Positions 24,694-36,876 of a DNA stretch of 64,000 nt are shown here, in pieces. Source of the DNA: Octopus sinensis (lineage: Eukaryota); the NCBI RefSeq assembly GCF_006345805.1, contig NW_021831284.1:434001-498000 (forward strand), given 5' to 3'. Within the stretch, counting starts at the first letter, position 1; every line of letters begins with the position of its first letter. The notes under the pieces were generated by a model. The model searched no databases, was not told the origin of the DNA, and saw nothing but the letters and a program-made list of their open reading frames with translations. Both the position numbers and the translations under genes were made by a program.

Positions 24694-25300
24694 TTATGAA
24701 CTGGTTCGCAGAATTGAAAGACAATTCCCGCGTAAAACAGCCAGCGAGATCCTCTGAATAAGGAATATAAATTCCCTGGGATCTCTGGAGCGGTAGGAGC
24801 ACAGGCGGCCAAGTTTCTTAAGATGAGCAAGCGTCTTGGTCCCAAAAACACAGGAAGTCACGACGGCATTGCCCAAAAGCAAAATCAATCCCGTAAATCC
24901 TCGTATTTCGTTAGTTTCGCGAATTCGGCCTTCTCGGAATCGACAAGCCGTAGAATTCAAGGATCCCTTGGCGAAGGAGTCGACACAGGTGACGTCCCAG
25001 ACGAGCTGCTTCCCGAATTCAAAAGCGAAAAATGTACAGCCGTCTGGACGTTTTGAATTTTCAAAAACAAGGCCCGTCAGTTCCAGAATTGAAGGGAAAT
25101 CAGCTCTTTCCAGAGCTTTGTGAATTAGATTGTTAATTTCAGTGTGCCGAGGAAATCAGCCGGCGCTCATTTGACAAGACAGAGGGTGTAGCTCAAAGGC
25201 GTCAACTTTATCCCCACAACGACAGGGGTGAGGTCTGCAGACAGGGAGTCCAAGGCGATTACAGATCCCCAAACGGAGTGAATCCCTATCGAGGACAGTA
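24694..25300 (-). mobile_element. CRE-like RLE 3' fragment
   Basis: RLGLPVCRPHPCRCG..VD...HPLSC, RPDG, WDVTCVDS and QRISLAVLRGN. Confidence 0.85.
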
Positions 25301-25449
25301 TCCAAAAGTTTATATTTGACCTCAAGAAACTCCTGAATTGCGATAATTTTCGTTAGATCGCTTTCCGAAATTCTCTTCTCCAAATATTTTTTAACCTCTA
25401 TTTCATCTTTTCCAAATTCTATTACACTAAGAGTCGAATATGCGTAGTC

Positions 25450-26220
25450 TATTGTGCATTTGTTACTCTCAAATTTTGATATTTTTTATATAAATTACTA
25501 TCTAAGGACAGCCTGGAATGTGTGAATAGCAATGCGAAATTGCACATAAACTTTGTACTAATCTATCATTTTTCAATGCACTCTTCGTAGAAGTTACTAA
25601 AATTCCCTCGTTCTCAATTAACTCAAAAATATTAATCACTGAGATTAAATTTTTTTAATAATAAGATGCAGCTTTTAATCAGATAGCCCATCTAGTAAAT
25701 ACGACTTTCGGTGGAATTCCAATTTTTGAAAACAACAATTGTCGCTTTTTGTTCTTCCTAATAGCACCTTGTACGCTAGCTATCACATCATCGACTTCTG
25801 GATAAGATTTTCTGACCTCCATTGAACAATTATGTAAAATATGGGCGACGCAATTGACATGGAAAAGATTAGGATATATATTTTTTAAAACTTTTCCTGC
25901 TAAATCGTAAATGAATTAAAACAATACAGGCCACCATATACCTTGCAGCATCAGAAATAAGAAGCATAAAATTATCCATTATATCATCGAAAAATCCTTA
26001 CCAAGGGAAATTTTATGCTTCTTGGACAACCTGCTGAGGTTAACAAAATGCCTTTTTGAGCACTTCACTGTCGTTAAACATAGTTTACAAAATAACTCAT
26101 GGTTTTTATTTAATTGAAATTCTTCAGGAAATTCGTTGACAATTAATTTTCCTTTAGTTAGAAGAGATTTAGACGTGCGTGGAATACAAAAAAGTTTAAA
26201 CTACAGGTTGCTAAATATTT
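25450..26220 (-). pseudogene. hAT-related (CGGBP1-like) transposase remnant
   Basis: Degenerate PNLFHVNCVAHILHNCSMEVR...PPKVVFTRW. Confidence 0.55.
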
Positions 26221-26325
26221 ATTTAATAGTAAAATAATAATTTGTTGAAATAATGAAAAAAAATTAAGTTAAAAAATTAACCTTAAAATTTATTTTTTTA
26301 ACTTTTTAACTCTATTATTTCTTCA

Positions 26326-26748
26326 GGAAGACTAAGCTATGGATAATGGATTTGGACGGTCGTGAGTTCGATTCCGAAGGAGGCCAGTTTTCATCCTGGG
26401 GCAAATTCTCGTTATCGTTCCCCTGCCGTGAGGCAACGAGTACTTCTGGCACGACACAGTTGGAAATGGGGATCTCTTACCTTCCGGGCTTAGCGTGGCG
26501 TTACGGGGTCCACCATGTCAGTTGGAAATTCCTCCGGATATGGCAACGCTCAGGAGGCACTTAATGCCTACCGAAAAGGACTCTTAGCTTCTCAGACCCT
26601 GGGACATCGTCGTCTCAGGCCGATCTTGCGGGAAGGATTGAACCTTTCAGAAGGATCTCCCTCGTTTGGATCGGCGATCACGGGAATAACTATAATTAAC
26701 TGGCTTTGCCCGTGTTTGGTCTTTAAATAATAAATAAATAAATAATAA
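26326..26748 (+). repeat. Dispersed retro-derived repeat ending in a (TAAA)n tail; about 140 nt shared with 33030-33170 (-)
   Basis: By-eye alignment gives roughly 75% identity, starting at ggtcgtgagttcgattccgaagg vs ccgtcgtggattcgattccgaag. Confidence 0.55.
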
Positions 26749-26749
26749 G

Positions 26750-28760
26750 GAGCCATATTTCATGAGCTCTGCATTAACATTATCTGGACCTGGAGCTTTT
26801 GAGTTTTTTAGTCTGGTCACAGATTTTTTAACTTCCGTTAAAGTAATTTTTTGCGATAGCTTTCTGGGCGTTCCATCGAAAGGGTAAAGCGTTTCTTCGT
26901 GTTCAAAATTGAAATATTTTTAAACTGGTCGCCTATAGTGTCTGTGCGTTCCTGGTTGTTGTAAATGGTTCTTCCGAGTTCATCATGAATTGTTAGGTTT
27001 TCCGATTTCTTCTTTCGCGCTAACATCATTACAGATGCATACATTTGCGCTTCGTTTTTGTACTTTCCCACTTCATTTGCAAGGTTTTATAGCTCTGTTT
27101 CGTAATTTTTTGACATTTTTTTCTTGCTTTCTCGCATGATTTTGTTTTTTTAGATTTTGAACTCAGCTGCTTTCACTTGGTTGTGGGTGTTTATGTATTT
27201 GAAACGTAGATCCTTTTGTAAATGAGAAAGGTAATCTATGTATTCCTTTGAAGGTTTTGGGAATTGTCCCAATCGTATGTTTAGCCACTGATTTTATTTT
27301 GTTTGCGAGTTTATTTCATTTTCATCAGGTAAATTGAGATTGATCGATTCTATGGTTTGTGATATTTTAGCTGAGTAGTTATTTCTGCAGACATGATTGT
27401 TTTTTAAGAGTTCGACTGCAAATCTGGCTTCTCTGTGTCTGTTTTTGACTCTGTTAATCAAAAATCTTCTCTTTAGAAGAAGTTTGATTACAGATGATAT
27501 TATCGTCGCATCAAGGGATGTGAGCATAATAAAAGCAACGGATAGAATACAGGATAACCTCAACAATCTGAGTTCATGGCTATATAAAAACGAACTGGAG
27601 GCAAGTCCGGAAAAATCTATTTTGACTCTGTTTACGAAAAACAGAAGGCTTGGGAAAGTCTCAATTGAAGCGAAGTTAGACGGGGAAATTATACCGCAGA
27701 GCAAAACCCAGAAGATTCTTGGTGTTACATTCGACACCTTTCTAACCTTTTCAACCCACGTCGAAAATGTAGTTATGACGGGTGCAAGAAAGATTAACTT
27801 CCTGAATGCCTTCCTGAAGAACGCAGGAGAATGCAAAGGCCTATATGGCCTAAACAACATATATAATCAATACATGGAACCTACGATCGGCTATGCGTGC
27901 GGAATCTGGGGAACAAACTTAAGCGCAAACAATCAATCAAAAATCGACAAAATTCGGTTAAAAGCGGCAAACCTGCTAAATATTTTCTCCGATAAAGAGA
28001 TTATCCCAAAAGCCTGGAACAACAGAGAGGTTCGTCCTGAAAATCCCCGTCCGTACCGAAAATGCGTCGGGACAACGGCGGAACATCGGGAGAGGCTGCG
28101 CGAACTGCTGAGGGAGGCTGGGATCACCTGAATTCTTCTTTCTTTTGGCTATGACGGTGGTTTTCTGGTTCAATAAATAAATAAATGGTCACTTGATGTT
28201 AGCGTTCCTCCATATGTTCTGGCATCACAGAGTAAAGCTTTCTGTGATTGTCGGCACAGAATGTAGTCAATTTGGTTATATATCGGTTGAGGTTGGTGAT
28301 TGTCTTTTTCACCCTTTTCAAACTCTCTGTTCACGCTACCATCCTTCAACGTTCGAGGGCTGAAGTAGTCGGTCAAAAGGAGGTCACTCTGCCAGGATCT
28401 GAAACGATACAACATCACTATCTGCTGCCTGCAAGAGACCAAAGTCAAAGAAGGACTTAACGAACAAAATGCTGACCATGAGTTTATCTTGCTCCCCTCG
28501 GACTGTCACCACTGCGGAATGGGGTTCGCGGTGGATATCAGACTTCGGGAATATATATAGACAATATGGAAAGTGAATGACAGAATCTGCGTAATTCAAT
28601 TGGAAACTGGATCTAAATCGACAATTACAATTATAAATGTATATGCGCCTACTTCTCCAAGAGTCTCTAAAAAAACCCAACGGAACTGGATGACTTTTAC
28701 AGTTCACTATCTACGACCCTTATGGAAATATCCACGAGCTATTCACTTTACATAAGTGAA
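26750..28760. mobile_element. Mosaic of LINE fragments: RT 27397-28131 (+), APE fragments 28140-28450 (-) and 28380-28760 (+)
   Basis: DDIIVASRD...KILGVTFD, NQIDYIL...SDHL, ICCLQETK and IINVYAPT. Confidence 0.75.
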
Positions 28761-29330
28761 GATTGGAACGCGAAGATTCCACATGGAGGCATAACGAGGT
28801 GGTAAGGTCCCTCCATCTTTTGCTTTGCAATAAGTATGGCTTGAGGCGGTCCAGAAAGTTGTGAACCCATCTAGTTCAATCGGTGTGTGAGAACTCGCGG
28901 GTGTGCATTAAGGTGGATACCCCCATACGCACCTCGATTGTTGTCCAGCACAACAGACCCGATATTGTAGTCCACGATAAGGTCACCGGGGAGATTATTA
29001 TCGTAGATATGGGTATCACGTATCTAGACCGTTTGTAGACGGTGGAAGTGGAGAAAAGGAAGAAGTATGTCATCCCGTGTGATGAAATGGACTGGTCACC
29101 AAATACCACAAGCAGTAATTAAGACAGCTGGGTGAAGACAAGTCTCTACAGGCTTATATTCAGTCAACTGTTCTTAAAAGGACTCTGGAGAGTGTCTCGT
29201 TTGATGCTCGCCGATCCAGCCCTTTCCTGACTCTAGTTAGTGAGAGGTGCTGGACTGCATCTCCTTGGAGGTCTACAGTGTTAGAAAATAGGAGGAAGAA
29301 GGTGCGTTGAGTGCCATCCTCTGCTCACAT
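28760..29330 (+). mobile_element. R4/Dong-like RLE retroelement 3' fragment
   Basis: QHNRPDIVVHDKVTGEIIIVD.GIT...VEVEKRKKY. Confidence 0.7.
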
Positions 29331-30004
29331 CAAAGGCTCTGGACTTGGAAAAATTACTTAGTTAATTAGTTTATTTTTATTAATAAAGGTCGACTCAGGA
29401 TACGCCTTGTTAGTTGTTTCCAACCCTCCAACGTTTTGTGAAAGATATCTCAAATCTTCCAGATCATCTAATTTCAGTTTTGTTCAAGTCGACTTAACAT
29501 TTTAAATATTTTCAAAAAATAGTCAATATATTGATGTTTTGTCGGTTTTTGAAGAAAGGTAGCCTAAGTCCAGTTGTAACAATATTTTTTATAGTCTTTT
29601 TGTGTTGCTCAGGCAGGCTAAACTGTCAATGGTTTACAAATAATCGAATTTATGCTACTTAATAACACAAATAACGTTTTTTGTCTATAAAATCCGGTTT
29701 TGGGGAACGGTTCAAACGACCATTAAGACCTCTGAGTTGCATAAAATAAAAACTGCAGAAAATAATCAAAACGTTCAAAAAACGATATAAAGTAGCAATA
29801 ACCGGCTGATTATAACCAGAAAGTAGTTCCGAGGCCAAATGGGCTAATGAAGAACAAGTTGGTGGACTGTGGGTCACAAAATCGTCGAGAAGATCACCAC
29901 CGTTTGTTTTAAAATACGCGAATACAAGCTTGTCGATAGTTTGGGCCCTTTTTAAGGGATTAGTGAGACCAGAATACAAATGGTGTCAGAAGAAAGCTCT
30001 AAAG

Positions 30005-32146
30005 CAGGCCTGGCCAACCCAAATCGCATCGCGGGCCACTTTGTCCAAATGAATCCTTTCCGCGGGCCGCATATACATGTACATACTAAGGATAGATATC
30101 AAAACAACACAGATAAGATTTTATTTAGTAAAATAGCATTCAGTCCAATTATACGTATCAATGAGAAATCTGTTTTTCTTTATCTTCACTTAATTTTTTC
30201 AAATCAACTTCACAATTACTAGTTGCACATCTTAATTGGTTTTCTAAGTTTTTATCTGTTAAAGAAGATCTATATCTACTTTTACTAAACTTTAATTTCG
30301 AAAAGAATGATTCACATACGTAAGTAGATCCAAAGGAGCTTACAACTCTTTGTGCAAAAATTCTTAAGTTGGGATATTTTTCTGCAGTCACATATTTGTT
30401 ATAAAAGTCAATTTTGGATATAGTAGGATAAACAAGTCTTAGTTCACTGTTGCACTGTAGGTCAATTATTTCCGTCTGCAAAGTATTTGAAACAATAGAA
30501 ACGTCAACATGAAATGGAGAAGAAAATGTTTCAAACATTTTCTCATATTTTTTTAGTTCCGAGAATCGACTGTCAAATGCTGCAGCAAGATTTTTTATTT
30601 CATCAGCGTACTTGAAGAAATTTTTACAATGGCTGATTTTAAATTGATTTAGCGTTGGAAAATGTTGATCATTTCCATTTCTTATTTGACATTCAAACAA
30701 TGACAATTTCATTCGAAATGCTTTGACTTGATGGCATGCATTAGTAATCAAATTATCCTGTCCTTGTAACTCCTTGTTTAATTGATTAATTTTTTCGGTT
30801 ATATCTACCAAAAAGCACAGATCTAGCATCCATTCTTCATCATTTAATTCAGTTAATGTCATTTTCTTATGCATCATAAAACTTTTGATTTCTTCTCTCA
30901 AGTCGAAAAAACGTTTTAAACATTTTCCGCGACTCAGCCATCTGACATTGGAAAAATACACAAGATCACCATAGTGAGAATATAACTCGTTCAATAATTC
31001 TTTAAACTGGCGATGTTGAAGTGCATGAGAACGAATGAAGTTTATAGTTCTTACAACCACACTCATAACATGGTTCATAGACAACACTTGCGCGCACAAA
31101 TTGTGTTGATGTATCAAGCAGTGTATTACAAATAAATCATTTTTTATGCTTCTTGACTCCATCTCATCCATTATTAGCTTTACAACTCCTTTATTTCTTC
31201 CAATCATAGCCGGCGCCCCATCTGTTGTCAATCCAGCAAGGGTCTCTAAATTCGCTCCATTGTCGGATAAACATTTCATAACAGCTTGGAAAATATCTTC
31301 GCCCTTTGTAGTATCTTTCAAACTGACAAGGTTAAGCATTTCTTGTTTCACTTGAAAAGATTCGGTAACTCCACGAATATATACTACAAGTTGAGACGTG
31401 TCTGATATATCCGTGCATTCGTCAAAGGCCAAAGAATAACTTTTGAAATATTTTATTTGATCACGCAAAGTCACCACAATTTCATTTGAAATGTCATTAA
31501 CCCTGCGACATATGGTTTGACGTGACAAGCTAATGTTTGAAAACTTTTTAGTTTTATCTGGCAAAATGTCTTTCACGACAGCATCCAAACACTCTTTTAC
31601 GAATTCTCCATCCGAAAATGATTTCATTCTCTTTGAAATTATCATTGCAACAGAGTAGCTTGCTTTAACAGTATCAGAAGAAGAGTGTATCGATGAATTT
31701 AATAGTCTTTGCTGATTTCTCAATTCAGATTTAAGCGAATCCAGTTTCCTTGTTTTCAATTCCTTACTAAATTTCGCGTATTCGGAATGCTTTGTTTCAT
31801 AATGTCTTCTTACATTGTACTCTTTCACCACCGATACTTTCTCCTTGCAAATTAAACATGTTGGCTTGGAATTATGCATTATAAAAAGTAATCTTCTTCC
31901 CAATGATTGCTGAATTGCCTGTTTTCTTCAAAAATTTTCCTTTTCTTCATATTGATAACAGCTACAAAAATAGATAAACTTTAAAATTTATTAAACTTAT
32001 AAAATTTATCTTTATTTATTAAACTTAAGAAAAATTTATCTTGAATGTATTTATAGGTTAACTACATACAAAATTTCTCTCGCGGGCCGCACCAAACTCC
32101 ATCGCGGGCCGCATGCGGCCCGCGGGCCTTGGGTTGGCCAGCCCTG
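30005..32146 (-). mobile_element. Full-length hAT (Buster/SPIN/GTF2IRD2-like) DNA transposon
   Basis: 16-bp TIRs CAGG(C/G)CTGGCCAACCC and 8-bp TSD CTCTAAAG (29997-30004, 32147-32154). The 581-aa ORF has a BED-like CLIC...RRHYETKH, FDECTD, TTDGAPAM, HCLIH, RWLS and FGSTYVCES.FS. The probable true ATG is at 31950, with one frameshift at 31883-31887. Confidence 0.95.
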
Positions 32147-32269
32147 CTCTAAAGTATTTCCAAATACCCAATTAGGCGCTAAATCGATAACACAAAATCA
32201 TTTCTTAATAAACTGGGTTATAAATCCTGAAACTGTTGATTTTTATTGCATAAAGAGTTCGAAAGTTGT

Positions 32270-32680
32270 TTATTATTATTATTAGCACTTCCCGTAGGAA
32301 CATAAACAAGGAAAGGAAAAAATTATATTCCCACACGTGCCACACACGATACAATCTTCTTAACCATCGTTTGCCATCCTCTGCGGTTTTGTGCAAGCCA
32401 TCGCAGTTCGTCCAAGTCCTTGCATTTTTTTAGGGTTTTGCCCACGTGTTTCAAATCGTGTTCCAGCGCAACCGGCAGTGTTGTGCGGGGACGTCCGCGA
32501 AACTTTGGGATATCCGAGAGAAAGTACTCTTCCATGGCTTGGTAAGCAGGTGAGGACGGGTCCATTCTCAGGACGTGTCCGAAGAGCCTCCAGCGGCCAT
32601 CCATGATGTCCTGGCTGACTGGCACCGAGTTACTGAGTTTGTAGAGCGATGAGTTGTTAATTTTCTTAGGTCAATGTCTT
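32270..32680 (-). mobile_element. RTE-like LINE 3' end with (TAA)n tail
   Basis: MDGRWRLFGHVLRMDP...RGRPRTTLP, followed by the 3'UTR and taataataataaac. Confidence 0.8.
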
Positions 32681-34278
32681 TCGCTTAATTTATTTTATTT
32701 ATTATGTTATAAAGACACGTTTAAACCAAGCTAATTAACCAGTGATTTTGATACACTTTACACGCTAATCTACCCACGAGGCCACACAACACAGTACCCA
32801 ACCGATAGTCAGTTTGCAGCATTTTAATTGGCTGGGGAATTTCGTTCGAGAAGGTTCGGTCGTGTAATAAGTGAATCGTCTTAGACGATAATGACTCAGG
32901 AGTAAAGGCTCAAATGGTCCTTTTACAGTAGGCATTAGATACCCACTAAGCGTTTCCAAATCCATTGATTTAATAGATCCAACTGAGTTGTTGGACCACA
33001 TAGAGTCACGTTAAATTGATTAATCCGGGAAGGTAGGAGGTCCCCTTACTTCAACTTTGTTACTACAGAAGGATTCGTCGCCTTATGGGCGGGGAACGTT
33101 GACGAGAATTGACCCCAGCTGGAAAGTTGCTTTCTTCGGAATCGAATCCACGACGGCCGTACTCCAACTCTTCAGCCAGAAAACCGTTTAACTCCCCTGT
33201 CTTCGAATAGTATACTCTAAAATAAATTCGACATGATTTACGGATTTTTTCCGCTTTCTTTTTTACACTCTATGTTCTTTGAGTCTGGGTACTTTCCTGG
33301 TCAAATAAAGCCAAGAAATCGTCATAATAAAACTCTAGTATTGAGATGAGAGTACTTGCGGATTTATTTTGATCAAAGTGTATTATCATAATTTTAAGAA
33401 TCAAAAGAATTTTTATATTTTACCGATAGTCAAAAAATAGTTGCATCAACTAAAAGTTAACAAAGCCATCCATCCGAAATGGACCCCGCCGACATTATCA
33501 ACGTTACGTTGCCTTCACAACAGCAACAGAGATCAACTGGAGAAGCCACCGGGTTTCACGTGTTTCGTGGCTTTTTAGTATGACTAAGGGTCCAGGTTTC
33601 TTTAGGAAGGAAGCGATTTCTATTTATTCCTCCAGTTGTCTCGACCACAATCGGATAGAACGCGAATCGGTCTCGCAGCGCTTTTTATTTTGTCAATTAA
33701 TCAACTATAAAGCCAATAATATCGGTCAAAATAAATTTAAAATAATAGGCATGACATTTCTGTCTTATTGTCGTTAAGCCGATCATTATGCTCTCGACAA
33801 TCCTTTTAATCACTTACTTTGCCTATTATCTTATTAATTTACTCTTCGGAAATAAATTACATTGATTTTTATTTTTAAGAGAAATTTTTAATTTTTCAAG
33901 TCAATAAAAAAGTTGCCCTACTTATACTGATAAATATCTATAAATAAACAGTTGGAAGTATTTATAATAACAATAATTAAACGACTTTAATTAAAATTGA
34001 ACAGCGGTTGAGTTTTTATTGAAAATTATAGACAATGTCCACACCAAACATAATAAAATATTAATTAAGTTTAGAAAACAAAATTGTCGATTAAATGTTT
34101 ATTGACATCAAATATTTGGAAAAAACTTAAAATCGACTGCACGTGACTATAATTGACAAAAAAATAAGTCGATTTATAAAAACGGATCGAACTGTCCGAA
34201 TTAATTGTCAATTAATCAACTATAAAGCCAATAATATCGGTTACTTTGATCTTATAAATACAATAAAAACAATCATAA

Positions 34279-34777
34279 TTAATTGACAAACAAACTGGTT
34301 ATTTTACTAGAAAGAAATTCTACCAAACTAAATGTTTTCTCCACTGCCAAATATTTAGCAACGAATAGTTTGTACTATAAATAAATAAGCAGAAATATCA
34401 AACCCATCCGCCCTGACTGAATATCCAACCAGAATAAACCCGATTAATGTGTTCGGTGAAAATATCTTTTATTAGTGGGGAATATTGGGGATTCTTTTCG
34501 GCCAAATCATATGCAAATAAAAAAAGCATAACAAGTCCTCCCCAGCATTTTTCAGAATTTTTTGAAATAGTCGTTCAAGTACAAAAACGAGTGCTAAATC
34601 AAAAGGAGAGTTTATCAACTCCAATTGGGAGGTTGCAGAGTCGAGGTATTTCTGATGTTTTAAAGACATTTTTTTAATGAGATTGATGAAAGGAGTATAT
34701 TTTGGCTCCTTTTCTAGATCTCTTTTAATTATACAGTCCACCAAAGAATGAGTAGTCCACAATATATCACTCTCCAT
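34279..34777 (-). CDS. Divergent Bcl-2-family protein (BH1 and BH2 recognisable); one 29-nt intron; needs +1 A at 34558-34563
   Basis: Repaired frame reads VLERLFQKNSEKCWGGLVMLFLFAYDLA (BH1-like) and SGWIFSQGGW (BH2-like). The intron 34375-34403 falls directly after GGW, as in Bcl-2-family genes. Confidence 0.7.
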
Positions 34778-35379
34778 TTACTATAATTGGATATTGATAT
34801 AAATAGGAAACCACAAAACAATAAATAGAGCGCGCCAGTATAGATCTTATTAGATAGTATATTTTATTATATTTATGTTAACCATCAAGAAGTAATAATT
34901 ATTTGTTAAAAGTGGTTTATATTAAAAATAATAAATTTTGATAAAAACCCGAGCTTGTTTCCGAGAAAGCGGCTTTGAACGAAAGGAGAGGTTTTTACGT
35001 TTCTGCAAGTAACAGAAAATTCTCTCAGAGAAAGGATCAACGGGATGACTACGTTCCACAGTGAGTTTTTGTCGGACTGACCACCTGGTCCTATATAGCT
35101 CGACTAGTTTCTGATTTCAGTTTCTTATGTCTAAAAAAACAGTCAAATCACACATACTGATTATCCACATCATTCAAAAATCATTTTTAGTGCCTGATTG
35201 TGATCTTTTTCTTCAATTCACTGGAGTTGCCAGAAAAATGACTGGGAGTTATTCTGAATTACTTCCAGAAATAATTTCGTAAAATCCCTGGTTTTTAAAA
35301 ATATGTTTAAAGTAATTATTTGTATTCAGGTTTTTATGTCTACTCTAAAAATTCATTGACAGCCCCATAAACAGAATCT

Positions 35380-36540
35380 TTTTTCAGTTTGAATGCAGGT
35401 TAACGTTTTGTGAGTCTGCCCATGACTGTGACTACTAAATACAATAATAAGCTTTTTTTCAGAGGGAGAAAGTGGAAAGGGGATTATTTTACAATCCATG
35501 ATAAATAATCAATCGCATAAAAGACAATGTATGGTCACAAAGACATATTGCTACTACTAATCTTATATGATAGGACTAAGAAAAAAAATCAGGATACAAT
35601 CAATTTTTTTGCTTGAATATAAGCTTCGACTTAGGTGGCCTCGAAAAACTTAAATTCTTGGCTATATGTGGTTTAAAGCTAATGTTTAGAGCTTGAAATT
35701 AATGCTCGAAGCGTCAACATTATTGATTGCGCTTTCGATGTTGAAACTCGGAATAAAAAAGTTACTAATTGTGTTTATTTATAAAAACAAAGTATTTAAG
35801 AAATACTTGACAAGGGGATTGACTTTCATTTTTTTGTAAAATTCAATTGTAATCTATTGGAACAATTAGCAGGTCTTGCTAGAGTCGGAAGTTTTTTAAG
35901 ATATTTTTTCAAATATCTGCAAAAATGTATTTCGCATTTTACGAGTGAAACGGCTATTTTCAAATGCAACTGAAATGAATATAAGTAGACATTTTAAAAC
36001 AAATGCAGCAATGACCTCAGCTTTAATTTAGATGGTTTGACAATTTCTGTAAGAAAAATTAAACCACGTTCAGCAAGTGTTTTTAAAAAATTTTTTTAGT
36101 ATGGAATAAAAGAAATTATTTGTAATTTTTAAAATTCTGATTTCTAATTGGACTTTATCGCGTTTGTAGTTACTTTATTTTAAGTAAAGAGTTAATTTTA
36201 ATAATCAATCGTAGTTATAAACAGGAAATGATCTTTACTTGTCTTTCTTTTTTCTTGTGTGTAGGATAATCCGATTTTGGAGTGGAAGGCCACTGATGAC
36301 AGCGTTACTCATCAAACCCGCTTTTCGCGCAATATAGTCCTGAGAGGTATTCATGGCTAACAAAATCTTAACAAACGAATAGATGCAGATGAATTTCTTT
36401 TAATTCTTAAACCCATCCAATTTGTCCCCTGTTCGCCCTTTCGGATAAAATTACAATCTTCCTTATTTAATGTAAATGTTTCTGGTTGAAACACGATATG
36501 CACAGACCCTCTTGCATCTATTTACTGACTTTTCTTAAAT
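35380..36540 (+). CDS. Possible unassigned multi-exon gene
   Basis: Several 22-36 nt GT-AG segments flank short open exons (for example DNPILEWKATDDSVTHQTRFSRNIVLR at 36281-36347). I could not build a full model. Confidence 0.25.
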
Positions 36541-36876
36541 GATCTTTAATTCGAAAACCAGGAGTAACATCGATAAGCGTGCACATTAACTAATTAAGTA
36601 AAAGTAAATAAATAGCACTTCCGAGTTGTTATAAGCATCTAAGGATTCGCTCGTGCCAGCCACAAAATCAAAATGTATTCCAAAGACCACCGTTAACCAA
36701 AAGAAAAAACTAACTAGGTGATCCCGACAAATTTGATCATTGCTCTCAGCTTCGCTCTGTGCTGCTCTCTTGAGCCCACACAAGATCGTTGAGGGCGGAT
36801 CGTTTCTTTATACCATTGATGCCCTTTTGTATTCTTCTCAATGAGAGTTTCGAAAGAGATTGGTGGTTTGATAGCT

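Noticed and set aside
26360-26400. tRNA gene suggested by GTTCGATTCC
   Set aside because: No cloverleaf or acceptor stem could be formed. It is kept only as an ambiguous repeat.
29659-29996. Host gene disrupted by the hAT insertion
   Set aside because: Joining the flanks across the TSD did not yield a recognisable continuous ORF.
33690-34241. 37-bp perfect direct repeat (33690-33726, 34205-34241) as LTR or CRISPR repeats
   Set aside because: Only two copies about 480 bp apart, no spacer array, no TG...CA ends and no internal coding signal.
35380-36050. Firm call of a small GTPase or Misato gene
   Set aside because: The P-loop spacing is non-canonical, no NKxD motif was found, and exon phases could not be reconciled.
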